From NCBI RefSeq assembly GCF_963921235.1, contig NC_086097.1, forward strand, positions 5,828,001 to 5,892,000: a stretch of 64,000 nucleotides of DNA, given 5' to 3'. This document shows positions 12,991 through 25,077 of this stretch, piece after piece. The translations under genes and the position numbers were made by a program. Within the stretch, counting starts at the first letter, position 1. The number at the start of each line of letters is the position of its first letter. Source of the stretch: Mobula hypostoma. Taxonomy: Eukaryota. The notes beneath the pieces were generated by a model. That model made no database searches and was not told where the DNA came from. It was given only the letters and a program-made list of their open reading frames with translations.

Positions 12991-13569
12991 TACCCTCAGT
13001 GGCATTAACCATTTTATTAGGTAGACATGTACACTTGCTCATTAATGCAAATAGCTCATCAACCAATCATGTAGCAGCAGATCAATACATAAAAGCACAT
13101 AGACATGGTCAAGAGGCTCAGTTGTTGTTCAAACCAAACATCAGGATGATGAAGAAATGTGATCGAAGTAACTTTGACTGTGGAATGATTGTTGGTTCCA
13201 GACAAGATGGTTTGAGTATCTCAGAAACTGCTGATCTTCTGGGATTTTCATACATGACACCCTCTAGAGTTTACAGAGAAGGATGTGAAAAATCAAAAAC
13301 ATATCCAGTGAGTGGCAATTCTGTTGGCAAAATGCCTTGTTACTGAGAAAGATGAGAGGAGAATGACCAGACTGGTTTAAGCTGACAGTAAGATGACAGT
13401 AACTCAAATAACCACGTGTTACAACAGAGGCCTATGGAAGAGCATCTCTGAGCACACAACATGTCAAACTTTGAAGTGGGTAGGTTACAGCAGCAGAAGA
13501 CCTCAAACATACACTCAGTGGCCACTTTATTATTTACAGGGGGTACCTAATAAGAGGTCACTAAGATTA
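12991..13569 (+). mobile_element. Non-autonomous Tc1-like DNA transposon
   Basis: Left end taccctcagtggc..tttattaggta; transposase N-terminus MMKKCDRSNFDCGMIVGSRQDGLSISETADLLGFS; an internal left-TIR copy (tacactcagtggccactttatta, ~13510) followed by a degenerate right TIR (tacctaataagaggtcactaag). Confidence 0.85.
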
Positions 13570-13774
13570 ACTGGCTCTTAACTGCTTCCTTGGTCAAAAT
13601 TCAAAGTACATCTATTATTGAAGCATGCACACTATATACAACCTTGTGATTTGTCTTCTTGCAGACAGCCAGAAAACAAAGGAACACAATAGAATCTATT
13701 GAAAGCCCCACGCAGCAAAGACCATTAACCCAATGTGTGAAAAAGGAACAAATGGTGCAAACGATAAAATAGTC

Positions 13775-14495
13775 ATTATCATACTTCATTGATCCCGAGG
13801 GAAATTGGGTTTCGTTACAGTTGCACCAACCAAAAATAGAGTATAAATATAGCAATATAAAACCATAAAAAAATTAAATAATAATATGCAAATTATGCCA
13901 GGAAATAATTCCAGGACCAGCCTATTGGCTCAGGGTGTCTGACCCTCCAAGGGAGGAGTTGTAAAGTTTGATGGCCACAGGCAGGAATGACTTCCTATGA
14001 CGCTCTGTGCTGCATCTCGGTGGAATGAGTCTCTGGCTGAATGTACTCCTGTGCCCACCCAGTACATTATGTAGTGGATGGGAGACATTGTCCAAGATGG
14101 CATGCAACTTGGACAGCATCCTCTTTTCAGACACCGCCGCCAGAGAGTCCAGTTCCATCCCCACAACATCACTGGCCTTACGAATGAGTTTGTTGATTCT
14201 GTTGGTGTCTGCTACCCTCAGCCTGCTGCCCCAGCACACAACAGCAAACATGATAGCACTGGCCACCACAGACTCGTCGAACATCCTCAGCATCGTCCGA
14301 CAGATGTTAAAGGACCTCAGTCTCCTCAGGAAATAGAGACGGCTCTGACCCTTCTTGTAGACAGCCTCAGTGTTCTTTGACCAGTCCAGTTTATTGCCAA
14401 TTCGTATCCCCAGGTATTTGTAATCCTCCACCATGTCCACAGTAACCCCCTGGATGGAAACAGGGGTCACCGGTGCCTTAGCCCTCAGCCTTAGG
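13775..14495 (-). mobile_element. Young 5'-truncated Rex1/Babar-type LINE
   Basis: Open ORF ..YKYLGIRIGNKLDWSKNTEAVYKKGQSRLYFLRRLRSFNIC..; near-identical to the copy at 38060-38955. Confidence 0.88.
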
Positions 14496-14729
14496 CTGGG
14501 AAGTAAACAAGTAACACACAGAACATCCATGCTTCATCCAGAGGTGCATCGACGATGCTGCTCCCCAGATGTCAGTCAGGGTCTTCCCGAACCAGAAACC
14601 CTGGATTAATAGTTCCATGCAATCAGCACTTACAGCACGACATAGAGCTTCCATTGCTGGCAATCAGCAGGAGCTGAAGAAAAGCAGCTATAAGCTGCAC
14701 AAAGCTATCAAGGCTACAAAACAGCAATA

Positions 14730-15959
14730 CAGTCAGCCCTCCGTTTCCGCGGGTTCTGCATCCGCAGGTTCAACCAACCGCTCATCGAAAATATTCAAAA
14801 ACATTCCAGAACGTTCCAAAAAGCAGAACTTGAATTTGCCGTGCACCGAGCACTACGCTGAATCCACGCGAATGAAGTGATGTGCAGGCATACCCCGCTG
14901 TAGCCTCCCGCCATTTCAACAGATCCCCAGTCTCTCTCCAGCACTGTTCACCTCCTGTCTCGCTCGTTTGCTACTTGTGTTGTGAGCGAGAGGAAGGAGT
15001 TTACGGCTGGTAAGGGATGGCGGGCCTCGAGAACTTAAAGATCACGGGAGAATCGGCAGCGGCTGATGCCGAGGCAGCTTCAGCGTTCCCAAAAGAGCTA
15101 CGATGGTTGTGTCTGTACTGAACATGTACAGACTTTTTTTTTCTTGTCATTATTCCCTAAACAATGCAGTATAACAACTATTTACATTGTATTAGGTTCC
15201 AAGGTTGTCAAGCCGAGGAGTGGTCGTGGGGACAAGCTCCCACTACTGAAAAGTTCTTCCTTACGGCATGCGCCTCAAATAGCCTCTGACAACCAAGTCC
15301 AACTCCAGGCCTTCTCGTGTGGCTTAGCCTCTAAGCCCGGTGGAACTGTTTCTACTGACAGGAGAAGGGGCGAAGGCAGGTCCTGGCACCTTAAAACCAG
15401 TGCTTCGGGTAGAAGGAGCTCGTCAGCCTGGGAAGGCAGTCCATCTCAGAGAGAGGAAACTCTGAATTCAAACCTCCGCTGCCTTGCGGCCATACCCACT
15501 CATGGGAAAGGTGTCAGGAGTAAACCCTGAGGACAAATCCAGAGCTGGAGTCCCTAAGGCAGTCCAACATTGCCTTCAACCTCGTTCTGGCAACTCCTGC
15601 GACGACACTGGTGCCAAGCTGTATTGGTCCTTTCCCTTCCCTTGGACAACATCGGTGTCATGGAGAGGGGAGACTTGCTGCATGGGCAACTGCCGGTCTT
15701 CCATACAATCTTTCCCAGGCCTGCACCCTGGAGAATCCAGGCACAGATCCATGGTCTCGCGAGACTAACGGATGCCACCAGTGTACCAGTACATTGTATT
15801 AGGTATTATAAGTAATCTAGAGATGATTTAAAGTATACGGGAGGATGTGCGTAGGTTATATGCAAATGCTACACCATTTTATATAAGGGACTTGAGCATC
15901 TGCAGATTTTGGTATCCACGGGGGGTCCTGGAATCAATCCCCCGCGGATACCGAGGGAC
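14730..15959. mobile_element. Tigger3(Golem)/MER2-like pogo-family non-autonomous DNA transposon
   Basis: Follows TA (14728-14729). TIRs cagtcagccctccgtttccgcggg and cccgcggataccgagggac. Internal blocks gtactgaacatgtacagactttttttt and gtaatctagagatgatttaaagtatacgggaggatgtgcgtaggttatatgcaaat match the MER2/Tigger3 consensus as I recall it. Confidence 0.85.
15198..15789 (+). mobile_element. Non-coding retroposon (probably RTE-derived, non-autonomous)
   Basis: 15-bp TSD tacattgtattaggt at 15183-15197 and 15790-15804; a second copy lies at ~45425-45900. The clade assignment is an inference. Confidence 0.75.
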
Positions 15960-18477
15960 AAGATTGAGTCAGAATTCACAATGAATAGCACACGTGACTT
16001 GTGATGAGGGCTGCATAACATCACAGACTTCAAAGCCAAACGTTATGGTCCCACCAACATTGCAGTCTCTCTCCCAGATGAACTCAATCGCTTTTACGCT
16101 CAGTTCAATGTTGCTAACTCTGAGCCTCCGAGGAAAGCCAACGCCACAACCTGTAACCTGGTCGTCTCTGGGGCTGAGGTATGCAGATGTTTTCAACCAG
16201 TGGACAGCCACAAGGCTGAGGGATCGGATGGCATCCCAGAGTGAGTTCTCAGGATGTGCACAGCACAACTGGCAGGTGTGTTTTTTAATCTCTCCCTCTC
16301 CCAATGTAGAGTGGCTTCCTGCTTCAAATTATCCACCATTGTCCCTGTACCAAAAAAGACCAAGGTAACATGCCTGACTGACTGGTGTCTTGTCACACTC
16401 ACCTCAAGCAAATGCTTTGAGAGGTTGGTCAAGGATTACATCTGCAATATGCTACCACCCAAACTGGACTCCCTACAATTCACCTTCCGACACAACCGAT
16501 CGACAGATGATGCAATAGCCATTACTCTACACACCGTCCTTACACATCTGGAGAAGAAGGATACTTATGTGAGAATGCTGTTCTTGGACTACAGTTCAGC
16601 ATTCAACACCATAATTCCATCCAGACTTGACTGGAAGCTTAGAGACCTCGACTCTGACCCTGCCTTGTGCAACTGGTTCCTGGACTTCCTGTCAGATAGC
16701 TAGCAGGTGGTAAGAGTGGGCTCCCTCACCTCCACCCCTCTGGCTCTCAACACAGGAGCTCCTTATGGCTGTGTACTAGGTCCCCTCCTTTAATCCCTGT
16801 ATACCCATGACTATGTCATCACCCATAGCTCTAATCTGCTAATTAAATTTGCCAACAACACTACATTGATTGGATTAATCCCAAACAATAATGAGGTGGC
16901 CTACAGGGAAGAAGTCATCTCTCTAACGCAGTGCTGTCAAGAAAACAACCTCTCCCTCAATGTCACAAAAACAAAGGAGCTGGTTGTGGATTACAGGAGG
17001 AATGGAGACAGGCTAGCCCCTATTGACATCAATGGATCTGGGGTTGAGAGGATAAACAACTTTAAGTTTCTCGGCATAAACATCACCGAGGATCTCACAT
17101 GGTCTGTACACACCAGCTGTGCGGTGAAAAAGCCACCTCTTTCACCTCAGATGGTTGAGGAAGTTTGGTATGGGCCCCCAGATCCTAAGAACTTTCTACA
17201 GGGGTACAATTGAGGACATCCTGACTGGTTGCATCACTGCTTGGTATGGGAATGGTACCTCCCTTAATCGCAGGACTCTATAGAGTGGTGCGGACAGCAC
17301 AGCGCATCTGTAGTTGTGAACTTCCCATGATTCAGGACATTTACAAAGATCTGATTCACTCCAACCACAAACTATTCCAGCTGCTACCATCCAGGAAGCG
17401 GTACTGCAGCAGAAGAGCCAGGACCAACAGGCTCCAGGACAGCTTCTTCCACCAGGCCATCAGACTGATGAACTCATGCTGATTTGAGTGTATTTCTATG
17501 TTACATCGACTTTTCTATTTATTATAAATTACTATGATTGCACATTGCACATTTAGACGGAGACGTAACGTAAAGATTTTTGCTCCTCACCTATGTGAAG
17601 GATGTAAGAAATAAAGTCAATTCAATTCAGTTCGATACATGAACAGCAGAGTCCACGAGAGTGAGTTCACAGGCTCAGGGAGCCAGTTCAGCACGAGGCA
17701 AGTGATACCGGTCCAGGAGCCCGATGGTTGCTGGCCACAGCCATGGAGTCAGATGAATGTTGAGGTGAGTGCAGTGGTCCAGGGCCCGCTGGCTGCACTG
17801 AGTCGAGTACCAATGGCTGCAGGCCACAGCCACCGGGCCAGTGCAGTGCTCCAACCGGTCCAGGAGCCCGATGGTGGCAGGTATCAGCCACAGGGTCAGT
17901 AGAGTGCCACAGATGGTCCAGGGCCCTGATAGTTGCAGGCCACAGCTACTGTCTGTTCAGCAGTGAGGCGAGTAAAACCTCATAAGGTAGTGAGCGGAAT
18001 ACCAGCCAGTGATGTTCACATCCTATAAACAAATGCTGAAAAGTAATAAATAACAGAGTGAGGAGCCGGACTTGTTACACTGATCAGATCAAATAAGATG
18101 TGAGGAAAAGCATTCACAATTGTACCCTGTAATAGCCTCCCCTATGGTTTACTGATCAATTCTTCAAAATTCCAGTTGTCTTTTCAGCTACTACAACATC
18201 TTTCATCATGCATGAATATTTAAGTACTTTGGAGACTGTTGGAGTAGTGACTTGAGAATTGATGTGCTAATTTCATGCCAAATAGAAAGAATATAATGGT
18301 TTCACAGTAGGCAAACAAGCTGATTATCAGCATTGTATGCTTCCATTGCTTTAAATTTACCTATTTAAATATTGATATTAAGCAGGGGAAAATCTTTATT
18401 GAAAGAGACATATTCAATAAAACAATAATTTCCAGTTTTTTGGTATAATTTCCCATAACCTAATCTATTTTTCAAGT

Positions 18478-19365
18478 AAGATTGACAAGGGAGAGGCTGT
18501 GAATGTTGTGTATTTGGATTTTCAAAAGGCCTTCGATAAGGTGTGGCATAAGAGGCTGCTTAATAAGATGAGAGCCCATGGAATTACAGGAAAGATATTG
18601 GAATGGGTGCAGCATTAGCTGGTAGGCAGAAAGCAAAGGGTGGGAATAAAGGGATCCTATTCTGATTGGTTGCCGGTTATTAGTGGTGTTCCGCAGGGGT
18701 CGGTGTTGGGGCCGCTTCTTTTTACAATGTATATCGATGATTTCAATTATGGATTAAAAGGTTTTGTGGCTAAATTTGCGGATGACACCAAGATAGGTGG
18801 AGGAGCAGGAAGTGTTGAAGAAACAGAAAGGTTGCAGAGAGACTTGGTCAGTTTAGGAGAGTGGGCAAAGAAATGGCAGATGAGACACAATGTTGAGAAA
18901 TGTACGGTTGTACTGTACATTACGGAAGAAGACATAATCGGGCGGATTATTATTTAGATGGGGAGAAAATTCAGAAATCAGAAGTGCAAAGGGACTTGGG
19001 GGTCCTCGTGCAGGATACCCTAAAGGTTAACCACCAGGTTGGATCAGCAGTAAGGAAAGCGAACGTTGACATTCATTTCAAGAGGAATAGTGTATAAGAG
19101 TAAGGAGGTGTTGATGAGGCTCTATGGGGCATTAGTGAGACCTCATTTGGAATACTGTGTGCAGTTTTGGGCCCCCTATCTTAGAAGGGATGTACTGATG
19201 TTGGACAGAGTTCAGAGAGGATTTGCGAGGATGATTCCTGAAATGCAGGGGCTAACATATGAGGAGCGTTTGTCGGCTCTTGGACTGTATTCATTAGAGT
19301 ATAGAAGAATGAGAGGGGATCTCATAGAAACATTTCGAATGTTGAAAGGGTTGGACAGATTAGAT
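18478..19365 (+). mobile_element. CR1-type LINE RT fragment
   Basis: YLDFQKAFDKV, GVPQGSVLGPLLF, KFADDTK, RPHLEYCVQFWAP. Confidence 0.92.
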
Positions 19366-19817
19366 CTGGAATGCCTTTTGGTATCCTCAGGAGTAGCAGG
19401 CTGTGGTTCAAAGTTCAAAGTTGGAAGTATATTTTATTATCAGAGTACATATATGTCACCGCATCGAACCCAGAGATTCATTTTCCTGTGAGCATGCGCT
19501 CTAAATCTATAGATTAGTAGCTATAACAGGATCAATTAAAGATCAAGCAACTGCACATCCCAGAAGTGAGGAATTCACTGCAGGAAGCTGGCTAGCTTGT
19601 TACCTCGTCTGACCTGAGATACCCGTTTTGCACTAGCCTCAAACTCAGTTAGCCAGCAAGGAAAGACTAACACACATAAAATGCTGGAGGCCTCAGAAAA
19701 TCAGGCAGCATCTATGGAAGGTAATAAACAGCTGTTGTTTGTTTTAAACACATCTCTAAACTTTTATTTCTAGTGGACCCTGATAAAGACAAAAAAGGTG
19801 TAAAAGGAAAATATATA

Positions 19818-20500
19818 TATAAGGGGTTTCTTCTGTTACGTTATAATCAAAATGGCTTCTTTGTTATGTTAAATGCTGAGAAAGTTCTCTTGCCAGCAGC
19901 TTGTTTGGGTTATATTATTGATAAGAGAGCGTATGAACCAATTGGGTGTCCATGTTATTCCTTCTTGTGTGTCTGTAAGCTGTTGTATGCGCGGGTTTTT
20001 GGGGAGAAGGCGCGATGGAGAGAGAGAGAGAGAATGGACAAGGTGCTGTGATGCTGGTTAATGGGGTTGGACCCCAAGCAGGAGTCCGAGGTCCAGGGTC
20101 TTCGGTGAGGAGAGGAGACAAAGACATACTCGTGTGGAGCATCTGGTCGACCACCGTGGGTGATCCCAGGCGGCGGGACAAAGTGGTCAGAGGGGATCGA
20201 ACGGTGAAGCAAGGATCGTTACTAGAGCTCCAACTGTTGTGCGCGAAGAGATTGAACTTTGATAAGTGTGGCGCCTTTTACTTTTCTTTTATATTTTATC
20301 TCTATTAATCATATAGTTCCAGTAATATCTATAAACTGTAATTCATTTAATCATATATGGTGTATTGTCTGTTATTTGGGCGGGGTGGGGTACATCAAAC
20401 AGCATCCACACAAACTTAATTACCCAGTTTGGCGGGGCCGAGGGCTGTTTCCCTAGATGACAGCAAGTTGAGCGAACCTGAGGCTTGCCAGGGGGCTACA
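19818..20500 (+). mobile_element. Solo LTR (Gypsy-like)
   Basis: Ends gggggctaca; begins tataagggg (probably decayed from tgta); flanked by tata at 19814-19817 and 20501-20504. Its 3' half resembles the LTRs at 54963-55735 and 61637-62417. Confidence 0.65.
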
Positions 20501-20642
20501 TATAGTTATAACAAATTACTTACACTTGGAATATTAATTCAATTCAAGTTTAGTTCGTCATTCAACCATACATGACTTATGAATATAGCCAAATGAGATG
20601 GCGTTACTCCGGGGCCAAGGTGTAAAACACAGTACCAACAGT

Positions 20643-22445
20643 CACACACAGCACAGAACACACATAGCACAGTCCTGATACACACATAGTACAGTCCTGA
20701 TACACACACAGCACAGAACACACACAGCACAGTCCTGATACACACACAGCACAGTCCTGATACACACACAGCACAGTCCTGATACACACATAGCACAGTC
20801 CTGATACACACACAGCACAGTCCTGATACACACATAGCACAGTCCTGATACACACACAGCACAGTCCTGATACACACATAGTACAGTCCTGATACACACA
20901 CAGCACAGAACACACACAGCACAGTCCTGATACACACACAGCACAGTCCTGATACACACACAGCACAGTCCTGATACACACATAGCACAGTCCTGATACA
21001 CACACAGCACAGTCCTGATACACACATAGCACAGTCCTGATACACACACAGCACAGTCCTGATACACACATAGCACAGTCCTGATACACACACAGCACAG
21101 TCCTGATACACACATAGCACAGTCCTGATACACACACAGCACAGTCCTGATACACACATAGCACAGTCCTGATACACACACAGCACAGTCCTGATACACA
21201 CATAGTACAGTCCTGATACACACACAGCACAGTCCTGATACACACACAGCACAGTCCTGATACACACATAGTACAGTCCTGATACACACACAGCACAGAA
21301 CACACACAGCACAGTCCTGATACACACACAGCACAGAACACACACAGCACAGTTCTGATACACACATAGTACAGTCCTGATACACACATAGTACAGTCCT
21401 GATACACACACAGCACAGTCCTGATACACACACAGCACAGAACACACACAGCACGGTCCTGATACACACATAGTACAGTCCTGATACACACATAGCACAG
21501 TCCTGATACACACATAGCACAGTCCTGATACACACATAGTACAGTCCTGATACACACACAGCAAAGTCCTGATACACACATAGCACAGTCCTGATACACA
21601 CATAGTACAGTCCTGATACACACACAGCACAGTCCTGATACACACATAGTACAGTCCTGATACACACACAGCACAGTCCTGATACACACATAGCATAGTC
21701 CTGATACACACACAGCACAGAACACACACAGCACAGTCCTGATACACACATAGCACAGTCCTGATACACACATAGTACAGTCCTGATACACACACAGCAA
21801 AGTCCTGATACACACATAGCACAGTCCTGATACACACATAGCACAGTCCTGATACACACATAGTACAGTCCTGATACACACACAGCACAGTCCTGATACA
21901 CACACAGCACAGAACACACATAGCACAGTCCTGATACACACACAGCACAGTCCTGATACACACACAGCACAGTCCTGATACACACACAGCACAGAACACA
22001 CACAGCACAGTCCTGATACACACATAGTACAGTCCTGATACACACATAGCACAGTCCTGATACACACATAGCATAGTCCTGATACACACACAGCACAGTC
22101 CTGATACACACATAGTACAGTCCTGATACACACATAGCACAGTCCTGATACACACACAGCACAGTCCTGATACACACATAGTACAGTCCTGATACACACA
22201 TAGCATAGTCCTGATACACACATAGTACAGTCCTGATACACACACAGCAAAGTCCTGATACACACATAGCACAGTCCTGATACACACATAGTACAGTCCT
22301 GATACACACACAGCACAGTCCTGATACACACACAGCACAGAACACACATAGCACAGTCCTGATACACACACAGCACAGTCCTGATACACACACAGCACAG
22401 AACACACATAGCACAGTCCTGATACACACATAACACAGTCCTGAT
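20643..22445. repeat. About 1.8-kb minisatellite, 22-bp unit agtcctgatacacacacagcac with a 16-bp variant agaacacacacagcac
   Basis: Directly visible, roughly 80 units; runs without a break into the Penelope pLTR at 22436. Confidence 0.98.
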
Positions 22446-22567
22446 GAAGGGTTCCGGCCCGAAATGTTGACTGATCGTTTCCACGGATGCTGCCCGACCT
22501 GCTGAGTTCCTCCAGCTTGTAGTGAGTGTTGCTTTGACCCCAGCATCTGCAGAGTATTTTGTGTTTA
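22436..22567 (+). mobile_element. Penelope-like pLTR fragment beginning at a hammerhead motif
   Basis: cagtcCTGATGAagggttccggcccGAAAtgttgactg..gctgcccgacctgctgagttcctccagc..; candidate TSD acacagcaca at 20646-20655 and 22569-22578. Confidence 0.85.
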
Positions 22568-23800
22568 TACACAGCACATAAAAGGTAGAAAGTGCATGTA
22601 AGATGTCAGTAAAATACAGCCACACAAAAAGTAGTCCAGATCCTGAGTCCATGAATGCCGCAGAAATCTGCAGTCGACCACAGCACAACTTGTTTTCTGC
22701 TGAGTGAACACTGGAGGGCAGCACCAACTTCAGTCGAGCTGCTGCCCCTTTGGAATACATGAGCTTTGATGGTTTAATTACAGTATATTAACAAAGTTTG
22801 GCAGGAGGGGCAAGGAAAGAGGATGGGGCTTTGGTTTGGAGGACAGTGAGGGATCCCCAATACAGGAGGGGAGGGGATTGAGACAGAGGATGAGTCTGCA
22901 GCCTCCTTACTACCCTGCTGTGGGGTCCACCATCTGCCCCAACTACCTCCCATTGTTTAGGCCCAATACCCTTCATCAGGACTCACCCTGCATTTATGCA
23001 TGTTGCTAAAGGCTTCCAGTGGCGTTTTTTTTTGTGCGTGTTGCTCAAGATTACCAGCATCTGCAGAATTTCTAGTGTTAGGGAAAAATTAAATTAGCCA
23101 AGTTTCTTGTGACAATGAAACGCCATTGGCAACAGGGGAACTGAGACACATATAAGGCTTCCTCCTACAATTTCCACTCTAGGCTAGTCTGGAACATATG
23201 GTAATTAAATTACCAATTCACCAGTTGCCTCAGAAAGAAGTCTAGAGTTTTCTGATGCAGAAAGAATTGGAAACTGGTGAACTGAACAGGAGAGAGAGCA
23301 TCCTGAATGGGAAGAGTGAATATATAAGCTTTTATAACAGATGAATGTTGATCCCTTAAAGAAAGTAAAAGAACACAGTTTCAAAACAATTTACTTTTTT
23401 TGCATTGATGAAGCAATCTCAGATATTTCCTGATGAATATTGTCCAGTTATGGTTGAAGGGGTGATCTTAAGGATGTCATTAGGGTGAAGCTTACAATAT
23501 GTGATGAAGGTGACTATCCATGGTAGAGTAGCCGTTAGACAGCACTACTGCAGTTAAGGGCGTTGGAGTTCAGAGTTCAATTCTGGAAACGTCTGTAAAG
23601 AGTTTGTACGTCCTTCCTGTGAGCCAGTGGGCTTTCTCCAGGATGCAGCTTCCACCCATATTTCAAAGATTTACCGGTTAGTAGAGTCATTGATTGCTGT
23701 ACGTTTTCCTGTGACTAGGCTAGTGTTGAGTGGCTGGGTCACTGGATGGTGCAGCTCAGCAGGCCAGAAGAGCCTGTTTAAGCTGTATCTTCAAACAAAA

Positions 23801-24300
23801 CGACATGGAGGAAATCTGGAAGTCAAACCTGACCAGAGGGCTTAAAAAGAGGATTTTCATGCAGTCATACAGCCCATTCTCACATACGGATGTGAGATGT
23901 GGACACTCACCAACATGATGTGAAAGTCTCTAGATGGTTGCTATACACGAATGCTCCGGATGGCTCTTGACGTGAGTTGGCAACAGCACATGACGAACGT
24001 TGAACTCTATAACGACCTACCGATGCTCTCCACTAAAATCGAGGTGAGAAGACTGCAACTAGTGGGGCACTGTCTGCGCCACCCTGAGCTACCCGCCAGC
24101 CTAGTCTTCATATGGGAGCCCAAGCACAGGAGGATGAACCCTGGACGCCCTCCCAAGACTATGGTCAACACGCTCCTAGAAGACAGCGGTGTGGCTAATG
24201 TAGCTGAACTGAACACACTGATGAGGGAGAGGGAGAAGTGGAGCGTCCATCATCATGCCCGACGCCGGCCCCCTAGGCCTGAGTCAACGTAGTAGTAGTC
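23801..24300 (+). mobile_element. 5'-truncated RTE-like LINE 3' end inserted in a SINE tail
   Basis: LRMALDVSWQQHMTNVELY..RRLQLVGHCLRH..WEPKH..GRP; (GTA)n tail; TSD caaacaaaa at 23792-23800 and 24301-24309. Confidence 0.8.
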
Positions 24301-25077
24301 CAAACAAAATAAATGTTAAAACTTTTCTCCCCAAAACAAAGTAATGTTTCTGTGGCCAAGCTAAAAGATGAGCTATGGAAGAAGGAAAGGGTTTTAGTCC
24401 TGTGAGTATAAAATCTCACTTAGTTGATGTGAGGCAGTGTAGATCAAATTTGTCTCATCTGCTTCCTCTTGAATAAAAACCTAAATGAAGATTCCGCTCA
24501 GAAACACAGAAAAAAAAAGTCTGATATTTCATTTTTAAGTCTAAATGATATTGACTTATTTACTTAAGCCCACCACCCCTACAGGGACATCGGCCACTGA
24601 CAGCAGCTCACCAGAGGCCTCTGTCAAGTTTTCTCCACGTGTAACCCATTGAGGATTCCTCCTCGATCAGCTGTGAGGCCCTTTGGAGCTTCTGCTGAGA
24701 ATTCTGCAGCTCTGGGGTGGGTTTTCATGGAATGGGGTTGCTAACCCTTTGCCCAGCTCTCTCTTTATACAGCCAGTCTTTGGGCCATCCACAGCAGAAT
24801 TAAATGATATTCAGGTGTTCTTTTATCGCCACTTTAAATAGCAAGATGTTCAGCCAAAACATAATTTTAGCTTCCTTTAAATTAAGCTGTACAGTGTTTA
24901 CAGATCAACTATGAAAATTTAATTGCTTTGCAATTTTTGCAGTTTTTTCCCTTCTGATTATTTAAGTATATCCCAGTCTCCCAAAATGGAATTATATTAT
25001 TTTATACTGTGTTGCTGGCTCCACATTATAAGTGTGGGCACTATCTCTACACTATCAGTGTGGCTGAGTACTATACT

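Larger units (their letters stand above)
14528..17635 (+). mobile_element. Rex1/Babar-type LINE, interrupted at 14730-15959
   Basis: [51 protein letters not shown]; tail aataaagtcaattcaattc. Confidence 0.88.

Noticed and set aside
14730..15959. Human DNA contamination as the source of the MER2-like sequence
   Set aside because: The element interrupts a local LINE at a TA site and itself contains a TSD-flanked local retroposon.
20643..22445. CRISPR-like array
   Set aside because: Units are head-to-tail with no unique spacers, there are no cas genes, and the context is eukaryotic. The same applies to 12109-12510 and 43071-43607.
20539..22760. Three overlapping Cys/Val-rich ORFs of 634-718 aa
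   Set aside because: They result from a 22-bp repeat with no stop codon on the minus strand; all three frames are open and give the same periodic peptide.
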